Source: Octopus vulgaris (lineage: Eukaryota). From it: a stretch of 64,000 nucleotides of DNA. Shown here one piece after another: positions 26,350 to 40,528 of the stretch. Location: contig OX597816.1 of the NCBI GenBank assembly GCA_951406725.2, positions 125,054,001 to 125,118,000 of the forward strand, in the 5' to 3' direction. The stretch's first letter is position 1. The number at the start of each line of letters is the position of its first letter. Made by a program: the position numbers and the translations under genes. The notes below the pieces were generated by a model. The model had not been told where the DNA came from, made no database searches, and was given only the letters and a program-made list of their open reading frames with translations.

Positions 26350-28430
26350 TTGACATTTTTTGGCGAAAGATCAACTCAAATCTTAAGAATCTTTATAAGG
26401 ATTCTTGCGGAATACAAGATTGCATTTTTCTATATATCGACAGTGTCTGTTTCAATTGCAATACTCTTCAGTCTCTGAGGTAGCCGTTTACTTATTGTAA
26501 CGTTTACAAATTACCATAGGAACAACTGACACGTTTGTCTGTCACAATCATTGCATTTCTCTTTCTGATATTTTTCAATTTTCTTAATATCTTTTACGCC
26601 TACTCTATTGCACTAGTTTTGTGTTCTACAATTATCTCTAGTTTCCTAGCTTCAATAATATGGTCAATCATTTCAGAAAAGTCCCTTGAAATCATATTAT
26701 TACTATTCACCTTTAGAGCCACTGGCTACCGTTCATATTACTCTTCTGTCATCCTGAATCTACAAACACGGGCAACAAATCGATATTATTTTAATTATCA
26801 TCTTTATTTACTAGGCAGTGAGGTGGCAGAATCGTTAGCATGTTGGGAAAAATAATTAATGGTATTTCTTCCGGCTTTAGGTTATGAATTCTAATGCTGC
26901 CGGGATCAAGTTTGCCCTTTAGCAAAATGACAGTCGAACTGCTGGGCCAATGTAGTCGATTACACACACTCATATAATCGGGCTTTTTGCCTATAGTAGA
27001 AAGAATTATTTATTTGTCATTTTTTTTATTAAGTGCATTTGCAGTACTACTTTTAAACAATTTTACATTGGTTGGCGTATGTGAATTAAAAAGCTCGGTA
27101 GGTATTAGCCTTTTCATGTATGTTGTATCTTATGAGCTTTATCTAATCCTAAGGATTTGCGAGGTTTGGTTTCTTTTAGTTCCTACAATTCAGTATTCGC
27201 ACGTAATCGCGTTCCAGTTTTAATTCATTTGCCTCTTAAAGTTTATTTGTCACATTTATCTAACCCCATATTCTGACTGATCTCATCTACCATGTATAGT
27301 ACTATTAGCTACCGGGTAGTGCCACACTTAAAAGAATTTTAAAGTAATTATGTAAAAAAAAAATATAGTTTATTTATTTGGAGCTAATGGCGATTTCATC
27401 AAGCAATTTTGTAGTATAAAAATTAAAAAGAATAGAAAACATATGAAGCTGATAATGAAATATTAGTAAAAGGCTGCCTTTCCTTATATTTTCATTGCTT
27501 TGAAGTTATATATTTAGTTTCCGTTTTGACATGGCATGCTCGATATATTACTTTCGTGTTACAGCAATTTTATTTATATGCATTTTCCCCCAATACTGAT
27601 AAGTGCAGCATACTAGCAAACACTTTCTGTAATCAATCCGTTTTATGCTAAGGTTTTTGCTTTCTCAGTTAACAGGTAATTGGTTTTTACAAACATATAT
27701 TTCTTTTTACAGACATATTTCTCTTTTCCATACTCTTTTCTGTTCTTATAGTAATATTCTATCACTTTGTAGATGTACAAACGGCTTTTTTTTCAGTATA
27801 CATATACAGGGTTTATATGTTGTTGGAAAACTCGTTATTAATCTATTTCTGTTTTGGGGAATCAATATTGTTTTCCCATCAAGTAACGATTCAGATGTTG
27901 GTGCCTGGCTTGTTTACTAATTTATTGAATGTTAATGCAATAAATTAATGAATAATGGTTTGGTATTTCAGCCATAAATTGGGAACAATGTCAGTTCTGC
28001 AAGATTTACAGTTGCTTGCAATAATTATCATATTATTGAATTTACTGTGTACTTACTGTGTACTTTTCTTACGATCTTCCCATATAATACAATGTGCACT
28101 TCGGAAAATGTTGAGCGTCTTTAAATTATCCAAATATGTTTGACTTTCTTACAATACTGATGTTTCATTCGGGGTTATGCCATTTTGTAGATGTGCATGA
28201 AATTTGCTTTGCTATTTAAAAAAATATATTTTTATTAAAAATATTATTGTTCACCCTTTTAAAAACTTCATGTCTGACACAATATAGACATAAACAATTT
28301 TTTAACCATAATACAGGATCCCTTTTAGCCACTTATATTTTCTGATTACTCAACGCATTTTCTTGTGTCACATTACTTCAATCCCCTTTTATTTTTCGAA
28401 TAAAAGATATTTCTTTCGGTTTAGATCGTC
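26350..28430 (-). mobile_element. Ancient R4/Dong-like LINE remnant (3' half), interrupted by a SINE
   Basis: Minus translation ends ...IETDTVDI*KNAILYSARILIKILKI*, matching the QK..LLGTARILR..L terminus seen in younger copies; abuts an (ATT)n tract. Confidence 0.5.
26813..27010 (+). mobile_element. SINE, 'ggcgagctggcagaatcgttagc' family
   Basis: Shares head and ...gcctatagtagaaagaattatt tail with copies at 38692, 41403, 51672, 57771. Confidence 0.7.
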
Positions 28431-28435
28431 AGTTA

Positions 28436-29725
28436 CGAGGGGCGTTCAATAAGTAATGCCCCTGACCCACTTCCCATAGCAGTAGAGCAACGAAACTTGG
28501 CACAGTTATTAGTCTTTTTCTACATAGGAACCACCCAGAGTTACGCATTTCTCCCTCGTTTGATGCGGCTCTGGAGACGGTTTTTGTAGAAGAACCCAGC
28601 TTGGTCCTCCAACCTCAACGTGACTTCAGAAAACAAGGCTGCATCATCTGGGAAACGCTTTCCTTTCAAAAACAACTTCATGATTGGGAAGAGGTGAAAA
28701 TCAGAGGGTGCAAGGTCAGGAAAGTAGGGGGGATGGGGAGGTGTTCATAGCCATACGCCTGTGCTTCTGATCTGCCGACAAGCGAGTTGTGGACCGGAGC
28801 GTTGTCCTGCAGGAGGAGGATGCCTTTGCTGATCTTGCCCCGCCTCTTGATTTTGATAGCTTCTCTTAATTTCCTCAAAAGTGAAGCATAATAGGCTCCT
28901 GCAATTGTGGTACCCTTTGCCAGGAAATCTGTCATCACTACACCGTCCTGGTCCCAGAAGACTGTGAGCATGACCTTGCCAGCGGAGGGCTGCACCCTTG
29001 CCTTCTTTGGAGGGGGTGAGTCACGGTGTGTCCACTGCATTGACTGGGCTTTGGTCTCTGGATCATCGTGATGGACCCAGGTTTCATCCTGTGTAATCAG
29101 TCTTTTGAAAAAGTTTGACTCATCTTTTTGGCACATCTCCAAATTCACCTTCGAGCACTCGACGCGTTCTTGCTTCTGGAAAGGTGTGAGCAACCTGGGA
29201 ATCCATCTGGCAGACACCTTTTGCATATGCAAATAGTCATGAATGATAGTTTCCACAGACCCAGTACTAATCTTGACCTCATGGGCTATTTGGCGAATAA
29301 TTATGCGTCGATCTTCCAAAATGGCAGCCTCAACGTGACGGACAGATTCCTCATCAATGGCAGAAGGGGGCGACCAGATCTGGGAGCTGTTTCCACAGAG
29401 TTCCGACCATGTTTGAATTCACGATGCCAGCGTTTTACAAGGTCATATGATGGGGCATCATCACCATAAGTTACATTCATTTCATCAAACGTATCCCGTG
29501 GTGTGCGTCCTTTCAAATACAAAAACCGGATCACTGCTCAACACTCAACAGGCTCCATTTCACACTTGACTCGGTTTAAACACCTGTAAATCAGAAACCA
29601 CAATTAGTTCAGAGCTGTACTTTGCCACTTAATCTATAGAGATATAAATGATTGTACATGCAAACTTTCAGCTAGATCAAACAACTGCAAGTGGGTCAGA
29701 GGCATTACTTATTAAACGTCCCTCG
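28436..29725 (-). mobile_element. Full-length mariner transposon (1290 bp, DD34D, irritans-like)
   Basis: TIRs CGAGGGGCGTTCAATAAGTAATGCCCCTGACCCACTT / inverted copy; TA on both sides; transposase motifs WIPRLL, QDETW, QDNAP, PDLAPSDFHLF. Confidence 0.95.
28509..29558 (-). pseudogene. Mariner transposase pseudogene
   Basis: ATG at 29558 (MEPVEC*AVIRFL), stop at codon 7, frameshifts near 29370 and 28735, ends YVEKD* at 28509. Confidence 0.9.
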
Positions 29726-30252
29726 TATAGTAATTTTTCTTTATGCACTTATTTAGTCATGCGTTTCGTCGTGAGGAGTTTTACTCTAAGATTAAACACG
29801 ATTTCCCATAATATGATTGTCCTTATTAAAATTATTCGAACATATACTCTGTTAAAATGCATTTGTTTTTCCGTGAGAGATTTTTTTTTTTTTTGAGAGC
29901 TTCTACTTCTTGTACTTTTGTGTCTTGTGAACAGAATAATGGTGAACCAACTTCAGTGATTTAGTTACGCTCACATCTATTTTGTTTATTCCTATTCAAA
30001 TTGAGATGGAGCTAACATTTGATTATTCCACTATTTCTCTTCCCTTTTACAGCCATCTCGCATTTACACACATATTTAATGTATGTACCCGGCAGTCAAT
30101 TCATGTCATGTTCATACTTTATTTTTCTTTCTGCAATGAGCAAATTATTTTTACATTTGGTATTTCTGGTATTCCAGCAATAGACAATGACATACACACA
30201 CACACACGCACACACATACACACACAAACACACACACAAACACATATATATA

Positions 30253-30666
30253 CGAGGGGCGTTCAATAAGTAATTCCCCTGACCCACTTCCCATAGCTGT
30301 AGAGCAACGAAACTTGGCACAGTTATTAGTCTTTTTCTACATAGGAACCCCCCAGAGTTACGCATTTCTCACATCGTTTGATGCAGCTCTGAAGACCGTT
30401 TTTGTAGAAAACCCCTCTTGGTCCTTCAACCACGACTTGACTTCAGAAAACAAGGCTGCATCATCTGGGAAACGCTTTCCTTTCAAAAACAACTTCATAG
30501 CTGTGAAGAGGTGAAAATCAGAGGGTGCAAGGTTCAAACACCTGTAAATCAGAAACCACAATTAGTTCAGAGCTGTAATTTTCCACTTAATCTATAGAGA
30601 TATAAATAATTGTACATGCAAATAACTGCAAGTGGGTCAGGAGCATTACCTATTGAACACCCCTCG
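30253..30666 (-). mobile_element. Internally deleted (414 bp) derivative of the same mariner family
   Basis: Same TIRs and TA flanks; sequence matches 28436-28716 joined to 29573-29725. Confidence 0.9.
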
Positions 30667-30678
30667 TATATATTATTA

Positions 30679-30736
<58 letters not shown>

Positions 30737-30773
30737 CATCATCATCATCATCATTATTATTATTATTATTATT

Positions 30774-31460
<687 letters not shown>

Positions 31461-31479
31461 TGTAGGTAAAAATGCACCG

Positions 31480-33345
31480 GAGACTTTAGACATCTGTCAA
31501 GTCACAACAAGGACATGGCAGATAATATTTTCCTTAAGATGTGCGCTTTGCCCAATAAGGCAGATTTTGCAAAATATCGATCTTGCATGGTATTTCATAC
31601 AGTCCTGCCATTTTCACTTCCCCCGTCATTTGGTATGGCTATATCAATGATCTGACCGTATTTACCTCTCTTATTCGATATGACACTATCCGGCTGACTG
31701 TGTTCGATTACACGATCCGTCTGAAAATCATAGCCCGAGACAATCGTTACTTTTCCATTCTCCTGCATAACTTTATTTGGTACATGTTCATACCAGCTCT
31801 TTGTTACTTCATATTGGTATTTACGACATAAGAGCCAGTGAAGATACACACACACTCTATGGCACTTGTATTCATTTTGTGCAAGGCTCTTACATCCACA
31901 TACAAACTGGATCACATTTTCCACACTCTCTCCACAGATTCTGCATTTCTGGGTGTCAGACGTTTTATAGATGTTATACTTCACTGAGTTGGTAGCAAGA
32001 ACCTGGTCTTGTGCAGCAATGATCAGGCTTTACGTGGTACGCTTCAAATCACTTCGCTCAAGCCATGCCCACGATGATGTATTATCCTTAACGTCTTGTG
32101 TATTCCTTTCAAACTGTCCATGTATTCTCATATCAAGGTCTTCTTCTCAGCTCTTTGGGTAAACTCTTCCTTGCCCATCATTTCATCTGCATTAACACCC
32201 ATAACTTTTGTGGCAAATTGCTGCAGGTCTTTATCACTATTTATCAAATACTCGGCAAGCGTTCTCCTTTCACTCATTATACAATGGTCTATACTAATTA
32301 GTCCTCTGCTACCATTCTTTCTTTCCATATACAACATGTTTACAGTTGCTTCGGTATGTAGCACCCCATGCAGCTTCAACCACTTTCTCGTCCTTCTGTC
32401 CAGTGTTGATATATCCTCCTTAGTCCATTTCAGTCCATCTGATGATGGACGCACTATGCCCGACCACCGCAACTGCCAGATATTCATTGCGGTAATCAAA
32501 ATTTTAGCATTCAGTTTCTATTTCAACATCATTTTCACTCATTTTTGATACGCCTCGCTGGCATTGACTTTCATTTTCTGTGTACAATGTCATCCAGCTC
32601 CGAAATCTTCACATATCTATACCCACTTCTGTTGTGTTCACTGATGGTATCTCTTGATGGTAACTACAATCTTCTGCAGGCTACTTTCTTCTCTTTTTTC
32701 ATATTAAGTACTGAGCATTTGGTAATCCCAAATTCCATACCGATGTCCCTACCACAATTCCAGACTGTTTTGGTTAAGAAATCTATCTGTTTTTCAGATT
32801 TTTAAAACAATTTCAAGTCATCCATGAACAGAAGATGATTCAATGATGGGCCTTTCTTACCACATCGGTAACCCATCTTACCTTTCCTTAGTCTCATTCT
32901 TATGGGTATTAGTGCAATTACAAATAGTAACGGAGAAAACGCCTCACCTTGAAAGAAGCCCCTTTTAATATTAATTTCTGTAAGGAATACATTACTTCAG
33001 TACAATTTGGATTTCCACTCTTTCATGCTATGCATCACACAATTTGTGATGTGTGCAATATCATATACCTTCACTTAAAGTCAATCCAAGCCATAGACAT
33101 GTTTGTATGACGTTTTTTACAATGCCTCAAAACTGATTTACTGATGACCAGATAAGTCTTGGTACCCTGAGAACTCTTATTACTCTTACCCCCTTGGTAG
33201 TATTTCTTCCTGTGTCATGTCCCCTGTCGGGATGTATGGTATGACAGTATTTATCTTTGTGTTACTTTACTTATCATACTCCTATCTACCCTTCTTACAT
33301 TCATGAGAATATTTTTCTTCTGGAACATCCACCAAGTCGGTGAGT
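31480..33345 (-). mobile_element. Degenerate R4/Dong-like LINE (RT, CCHC, RLE)
   Basis: GFFQGE and HLLFMDDLKL RT motifs (~32810-32965), LDRRTRK..LYMERKNGSRGL (ORF 32128-32499), CRICGESVE..GCKSLA (ORF 31595-31984). Confidence 0.85.
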
Positions 33346-33443
33346 TGTCTTATCCATTCTGATTTTCTTTATCTCCCATTCACCTTTTATCTCATTTGTA
33401 AAAAATAAATGACACCATATTGATATTAATATACTTTTGATAT

Positions 33444-35685
33444 CAATTGCACTACGGAGGAACCTCTAGGTGACTCTGATCATGCTATGATCATCGCCAA
33501 TCTGGCTCTTGCGGGCAACAAAAACCTGAACCATCTCCAATCTGCTTCCTTCGATTGGAAGAGAGCAGATTGGAACCTGTACCACACTGAACTACAGCAC
33601 CCAAACTGGCGTGAATTCTACAACTCTGGAGATGTGAATACTATACTCCAGAGTATCCTGGACTCAATATGGGCAGCATGTGCGGCATCAGTGCCACGTA
33701 AACAAAAAAAGAAGAACCGCCCCAAAAGGGCAATTTGGGAAACTTCAGCGGTCCGACTTGCCAGGAGGGAACGTCGGACTGCTGAACGGGAATACAGGTT
33801 GCATAAATCAGACACCAACAGGAAGAAGCGGAATAAATCCTCCAACCATCTCAAGCAAGTGACAAAAAAAGCAGTGCTTGAATTTGAACAGTGCATAGCA
33901 GCCAATCCTGACAGCAAGGTTTTCTGGAAATATGTGCACTCAAAGCAGAGACCTCACTCTCCAGTGGGCCCTCTTCGCAACCCTCACACAAACCAGATCA
34001 CTGACGACCCCAAGGAATGCGCAGAACTCATTGCCGAGTGCTATGCAAACATATTCACTGTTGAAAGTCAAAATGTACCATCTTCACCATCACTAACAGC
34101 AAACTCCATAACAACTATGGAATTTGCACCTGCAATGCTGCGACGTCACCTTCAAAATAAGCGCAACTATGCCTCCCCTGGTCTCGATGGAGTTACATAC
34201 CTGCTTCTCAAACGTGGCAGGCACTTCCTTTTACACCAGCTTTCTATTTTCTTCCAGTACTGTCTCAACAATGGTGCTACTCCGGAGCAGTGGAAAACTG
34301 CCAGTGTCATTCCTCTGTTCAAAAAGGGCGACCGCACATCACCTGTCAACTATTGCCCAGTCAGTCTCACTAGCTGTATTGCAAAACTGATGGAATCGTG
34401 TGTCAGAGAAACACTCTGGAACTTCTGGAGCTCTCACAGTCTCATCCGACCCTCACAATATGGATTTGTCCCTAACTCCAGCTGCAGTGACCAGCTTGTC
34501 GAGTTCCTTGAGGACATTACTCAGATTACTGACAGTGGCTCATGGGTGGATGTTGTCTACCTTGACTTTGCTAAGGCTTTCAACTCTGTGCCACACAAAA
34601 GGCTTATGGTGAAACTCTCTGCAATGGGTGTGGGGGATGACCTTTTTAACTGGTTGAAATCCTTCATCCTCAGCCGAAAGGAGGTAGTCACAGTTCTAGG
34701 ACAGCACTCTACACCATATGAGATGTCATCGGGTGTACCACAGGGATCTGTCCTTGGTCCCCTCTTGTTTGTGGCATACATTAACGACATAGATGCCAAT
34801 TTAAAGAATGCCACAGTATTGAAATATGCAGACGACATCAAGCTGTACCTTGAAATCAAGAGGACAGATCCTGATGTCTACAACTCTTTCCTGCAATCAG
34901 ACCTAGACACAATGCAGCAATGGATCACAGACTGGCAACTGAAACTGGCTGTGGACAAGTGTACCACCATGCATTTTGGGAGAAAAAACCCTGCGTTCAC
35001 ATACTCCCTCCACAACACTGATATCAAGAAATCCTCTTGCGAGCGTGACCTAGGCATCACTGTCAGCAGTGATTTGCGTTGGTCAAAGCATATCTCTAAG
35101 ATTGTCAGGAAGGCCGAGGGTGTCTTGGCATCACTCAGCAGGTCTTTTGTTAGCCGCTCTCAGCCATCTATTTAAAACTGTATACAGCTATGGTACGACC
35201 ACACTTGGAATTCGCATCATCAGTTTGGAACCCCTATCTTGCACAGAACATTGACCTCCTGGAATCTGTCCAGAGACGTGCAACCAAACGCATACCCTCC
35301 ATCAGACACCTACCATATTCTGAGCGCCTTGTTTCCCTGGGCATGGATTCACTGAAGCTCCGGCGTTTGGCGACGGACTTGGTAAACACCCACAAAGTTA
35401 TCAACCACCTCACCAACAACAACACTGAACACCTTTTTGATCTCCATGTGTCTAACACACGTGGACATGCCTACAAAGTCAGAAAACAATACAGCTCCCA
35501 TGACTTTCGGAAACATTTTTTCACGCTCAGAGTTGCTGAAGCATGGAATAAACTGCCTGCGTCAGTTGTTGACTGCCATGACACTGCATCTTTTAAGGCC
35601 CTCATGCTTTCCGAAATCCGCCGAAACTACACCTGATTATATATACACTTTAGATGAGTTGTAGTGCACCTGAGCACTGTACACA

Positions 35686-35763
<78 letters not shown>
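33444..35763 (+). mobile_element. Young 5'-truncated CR1-group LINE with (ATT)n tail
   Basis: Starts within the APE endonuclease (LGDSDH), contains a near-intact RT ORF, short 3' UTR and ATT tail; possible ATAT TSD. Confidence 0.92.
33487..35636 (+). pseudogene. LINE ORF2 reverse transcriptase (CR1-group), one frameshift at ~35160
   Basis: SPGLDG, PLFKKGD, YLDFAKAF, SGVPQGSVLGPLLF, YADD, RPHLEF..VWNPY, TRGH, FFTLRV..WNKLP across ORFs 33487-35175 and 35190-35636. Confidence 0.92.
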
Positions 35764-35768
<5 letters not shown>

Positions 35769-36504
35769 CGAATTTTTCAAAAGTAATGAAGAAAAATCGT
35801 AATACCAATATGAACTGCCAGCCAGACCGCCTCTTCACTTTCAAGCAATTCCTTATCTAGTTGCTTCATTTCCCCTGCATCTCCACTCACCACTACAATA
35901 TCTGGGTTCACTGTATAATGTTCTTGTTCCTCATCCTTAACAGCCCCATCACCATTCCCTATTCCTCCTGTCTACTCTTCTCTCTACTTTCAACTCATAC
36001 CTTTATATATTCAACTCCGTCCATCCGCAAAGTCTCTCAGACTCTCACTAATCCGAGATATTTCTACTGCAGCTAAGTAACCCTTCCTCCTAAACACGCC
36101 CACTTGTTCATTAGTTTATTATTATGACATTGGACACATGTCCTTTTCCATTCAAAATTTCAAGGTACGTCGGCCTAATCTACGACTTCTTTCCAGCTTT
36201 GCCCTTTCATGACATTCAATAAGTGTATCATACTCTTCCTTCGCCCGTCTATTTTTGCACACATCGTGTATGTTATCTATTGCAACAAAACGACCGTCCG
36301 ATCACTGCCGCTGATGCGGTCGGTTTCGGACGTGCCGGGTGGGAAACCTTCACTATGATCGACTATACCTTCATTCTCGCCGTTAATTCTTTCATTGTTG
36401 TGTTGAACCATGATTTCATGAGTCGTTCGTTGGCTTCTCTCGAGAGTTGTTGAGATCCCATCTCTTCCTCTCTTTATTTATATATACACGTGCGCATGTA
36501 CGTA

Positions 36505-37710
36505 TTGGGTTGGCAACTAAGTTCCCGCCGTTTTTTTTTTTATTTAAATTTTTTAATGTTTAATAAAAAAAATAACAACTAATTAATCAGTAACGTATTC
36601 ACTTTGTTGCTTACATTATCGCGTTGGTAGATATCACCCGATTTCGAACGAAACTCCGCGCATAGTATTTGAAAGAGATCGAAAAAGGTGGAAATCCGTT
36701 GGTACCAAATCTGGAGAGTACGGCGGGTGTGGCAGCACTTTCCAGCCATGCCTTTGAATGGCTTCCTTGGTCATATTGGTAATATGAGGGCGGGTGTTTT
36801 CGTGCAGCAGAAGAACTCCATGCTGCCGATTAGGTCTTTTCTCTTGAATAGCCGTGTTGATTCATTCCATGTGTTGACCGTTTGGTTCCGTTCAATGAAT
36901 TCGTACTGTATAATCCATTCCCAGTCCCACCATACGCACAAAATCGTTTTACGCGGACGAAAATCTTGCTTCATGCGCGGTGTACTTGTTTACCGGGGCT
37001 AAGCCATTCCTTACGTTGTTTTATATTGATGTACAGGCACCATTTTTCGTCGCCAGTAACGATTCGGTAAAGAAATCATTGCTTGTGTCCATGAGTTGAG
37101 CGGTGACGAGCATGCAAATCAGCGGAGATTGTCGCTCGTTATTTTTTGCTGTTGTCACTTAAAGCATGCGGAACCCATGGTCCATACTTTTGAACATTTC
37201 CCATCGAATGAAGATGCTTTTCTATAGCAGTGTGGGAGCATTCCATTTTCTCTGCCAGTTCCCTTGTCGTTTGACAAGTATTTTTGTGCAAAAGTTGGTT
37301 TAATCGCTTTTCACCGAACTCAACTGGACGGCCAGAACGAAGTGCGTCTGTGAGGTAAAAATTTCCATTTTTGAACTTGGCATACCAATCACGAGCGGTT
37401 CTTTCAGCTATGGCACCCTCTCCATACACAGCACAAATGCTGCAAGCAGCTTTTGTGGCTTTAGAACCTTGATTAAAAAACAAAAAGAAGGAGGTGTCGA
37501 AAATGCTCGTTTTTCTTAACTTGACATTCCATTTCAATGATCTGAAAATAAACAAAAATTAACTAAAATTAACTAGAAAAAATAAACAAAACAAAATATA
37601 TTCCAAAATGATTCAGAAATAGAATTCTCGAAAACAATTGATTCCAAAATTTTAAAACGCAATAAATTCCAAAATTTAAAAAAACCGCGGGAACTTAGTT
37701 GCCAACCCAA
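36505..37710 (-). mobile_element. Mariner transposon, mellifera-like subfamily, degenerate (1206 bp)
   Basis: TIRs TTGGGTTGGCAACTAAGTTCCCGC.. at both ends with TA flanks; ICAVYGEGAIAERTARDWYAKFKNG..RSGRP..WVPHAL; PYSPDLVPTDFHLF. Confidence 0.92.
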
Positions 37711-37729
37711 TACGTACACATATATATAA

Positions 37730-37990
37730 ATAACGTGGTCTATACTAATTAGTCTTCTTCCACCATTCTTCCTTTTCATATACAGTCTGTTTACGTTTCC
37801 AGTTAACACTTAATACTATCTTTTGCACTCCCTGCATTAAGGATAATCCAGGAATTATTCTTAACTAATTTTTAGTTCCTTTAGTGGTCGTTTCAATTGC
37901 CCCCACAATCACTGGGATTGTAACCGTCTTGAGATGCTATCTTTGCTCCAACTACTATCGTCATCTGCCCACTGTTCTCCTTTAGTTTTG
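37730..37990 (-). mobile_element. R4/Dong-like fragments
   Basis: VNRLYMKRKNGGRRLISIDH and TIPVIVGAI-like coding remnants. Confidence 0.6.
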
Positions 37991-38691
37991 TTTTAATGCT
38001 TGGGCAGAGACATTAGGAGAGGGGCCTTCCTGTTTAGAGGTAACTTTTCCGCCGATCACCGTCTCTTGTATGTTACTTTTGCTTCCGTATCTCAATCGCC
38101 TTAAGCTCAAATATAGAAATTAGCCTTTATTTGTTTTCTAAGTTTTATTTCCGAGCATATCTGTTTCTTTCTCTCTATTTAAAATGAGGCGTGTTATATT
38201 TTATATTTATTGTTATTAATATGTCTCTTTTATTTTGTTTAAACACTGTGTGTTCTACGTTGTCTTGTTCATCTATGAGATGTACGGGAGCATGTGTGAA
38301 TCATATAAACACTCCATTTATGTGTACTTGTGTAGAGATGAAATTGCGTATACGATTATTATTTGTGCTCACGGTGTTTTTCTGTTGCGACATCGCATTC
38401 TCGCGTATTGCTTCAATTCATGTATAGGCAATTCGCATCACTGCATGTTATTTATATTATCACATACTTGTTTTTCTACGACAACGTGCCTGACAGCACC
38501 TATATTTCATATATGAGAGAAATATTTCGGGATCCTGATCTGATTTACATTAGGGACCAATTTTCTTCCATACTCTTGCTGTTTCATACATCATGTTTCA
38601 TAAATCCTGTTTGATCACAGATTTAATCCAATCTCACAAGGAGCTCGCTCGTATCATCATCAGTATTATTATTAAGATCATTATTATTATT

Positions 38692-38882
38692 AAGGTAGCG
38701 AGCTGGCAGAATCATTAGTACACCGGGCGAAATGCTTAGCACTATTTCACACGTGTTGAGTTCAAACTCTGCCGAGGCCGACTTCCTTTTCACCCTTTCG
38801 GCTGAGTACTGGGGTCGATGTTATCGCTTATCCCCCTCCCCCAAATTTCAAGCCTTTTACTTATAGTAGACAAGATTATTAT
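38692..38882 (+). mobile_element. SINE, 'ggcgagctggcagaatc' family
   Basis: aaggtagcgagctggcagaatcattag...gagttcaaactc...tttcacccttcgg...tatagtagacaagattatt. Confidence 0.8.
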
Positions 38883-39559
38883 TAGTAGTAGTATTGGTAG
38901 TGGTGGTGGTGGTGGTGGTGGTGGTGGTGGTGGTAGTAGTAGTAGTTTATTTTTATTTTGAAATGTTCCTTTATGTTTATTAATATTTAATTATATTAGT
39001 CCTAGTCGATGGTATATTATATTGCACTAATAAGCCTATTATCATTGTTTATAGCCGAAGTGGAACGCGTTTAGGAAGAGTTTATGCTCTGATTTTCTGT
39101 TTAGAACTCTATTTTTGACCTGAGCGATAAGAGACTGATCAACCGTTTTTGTTACTTGCCTTACGGAGCACAATTTCAAAGCACGAACATTATTTGGAAA
39201 TATATATAAAATATTTCAATATGGTTTAAAATGTTATTGACTATGTCATCCAGTTAGTAAGAGAAGCAGATGGGAGAAGGTTTTGTAGGAGAAACTGATT
39301 TTCGCAGTCATGTTCGCCTACACAGTTCTATAGATGTTGTAGCTATTAAAAATATTATCAGCAGTAACAGCAGCAGCAGAAACAGTAACATCAACAACAG
39401 TAGCAACAGCAATAACAAAGACATCAGTAAAAGAAGCACATAAAATCATCACCATCATCATCAGCAGTTAAATGTATATTCTCTAACTACAACCATCACC
39501 CTAAGAAGAAAACGCTATAAAGGCAGTAACAACGATAACACTAACAACAGCGGTAGCTG

Positions 39560-40260
39560 TGAAATCAAAGCAAAACACAATTCTTTGGCCAAGATCACAA
39601 ACATATTCAGTTTTATCTCATTAGATAATAATGGTGAGTACAACAAGTAGAGAAACACAGAACTAGCGAAAAGTCGTGCAAAGTATACAAAATTTCTTAG
39701 ACAGAATAGAGAGAACAGTCCGTGAAGATGCTTGTCAAGGAAAAGACAAACATTAGAGCGTATGCCCTCAGATGAAGCTGAACGCTTTTTAAGGAACACA
39801 TGGAAAGATGCCAGTCTTATGGGAGAAATCCATGGGCCGGTTATTTCTGGTTATTTCTCACTCAGAAAACCTAGCTCAGAAGCATTCTACCGTTCTTCAA
39901 AGAAAATTAAAATTTCACACTGATACCTATTTACCTGGAGCTGAAGGTAATCCCATTAAAAATACCAAACAAACCACCAAAATTCAACTTCTTGCATTTG
40001 GTGAAGTGCATGGTTTTCGTGGGAGATAGATAGGGTCGTTGGACGTTTGATTTTAGGTGGTGCATCATATTTAGTATCAGCAGTTCCTTGTCTTTATGTC
40101 CACACGCTGTAGTCCACATACATTCCAACTGATTACATGAAAGCTATACTGGACAGATGGTACTGCAAGGGAATGCATAGCTGTAATTCTATTCTGGAAG
40201 TTCAACTGAGTGTTCTGACGTTCTGACACATCTATAATACTCTTGTCTGACTTTTATCTT
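39560..40260 (+). mobile_element. Degenerate R4-like LINE fragment (pre-RT region)
   Basis: PSDEAERFLRNTW and ..EVHGF resemble the P..E...FW..IW and KAPGPDxVxGFW motifs of the family. Confidence 0.4.
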
Positions 40261-40298
40261 TCATCTCTTATGTGTTTAAATGTACACTGTATTTTTTG

Positions 40299-40359
<61 letters not shown>

Positions 40360-40474
40360 TGATGTTCACATCGTTGAATTTTGGAATTTTGTTTTTCTTT
40401 CCGTTATAAGTTTTGCTGTTTTTTACAGGTTTTTGTCATTGCGCAGTTTGTATATATTGATAGGTGCTTACCTT

Positions 40475-40515
<41 letters not shown>

Positions 40516-40528
40516 TATTATTATTATT

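Noticed and set aside
28678-29319. SETMAR-like host gene
   Set aside because: Bounded by TIRs and TA, no SET domain, and disrupted by a stop and frameshifts: a transposon copy.
32439-33150. Additional CTGATGA matches
   Set aside because: They lie inside LINE coding remnants with no stem II/GAAA arrangement; chance occurrences.
33618-35458. Antisense and overlapping ORFs within the CR1 element
   Set aside because: Shadow ORFs expected opposite a long, GC-richer coding frame.
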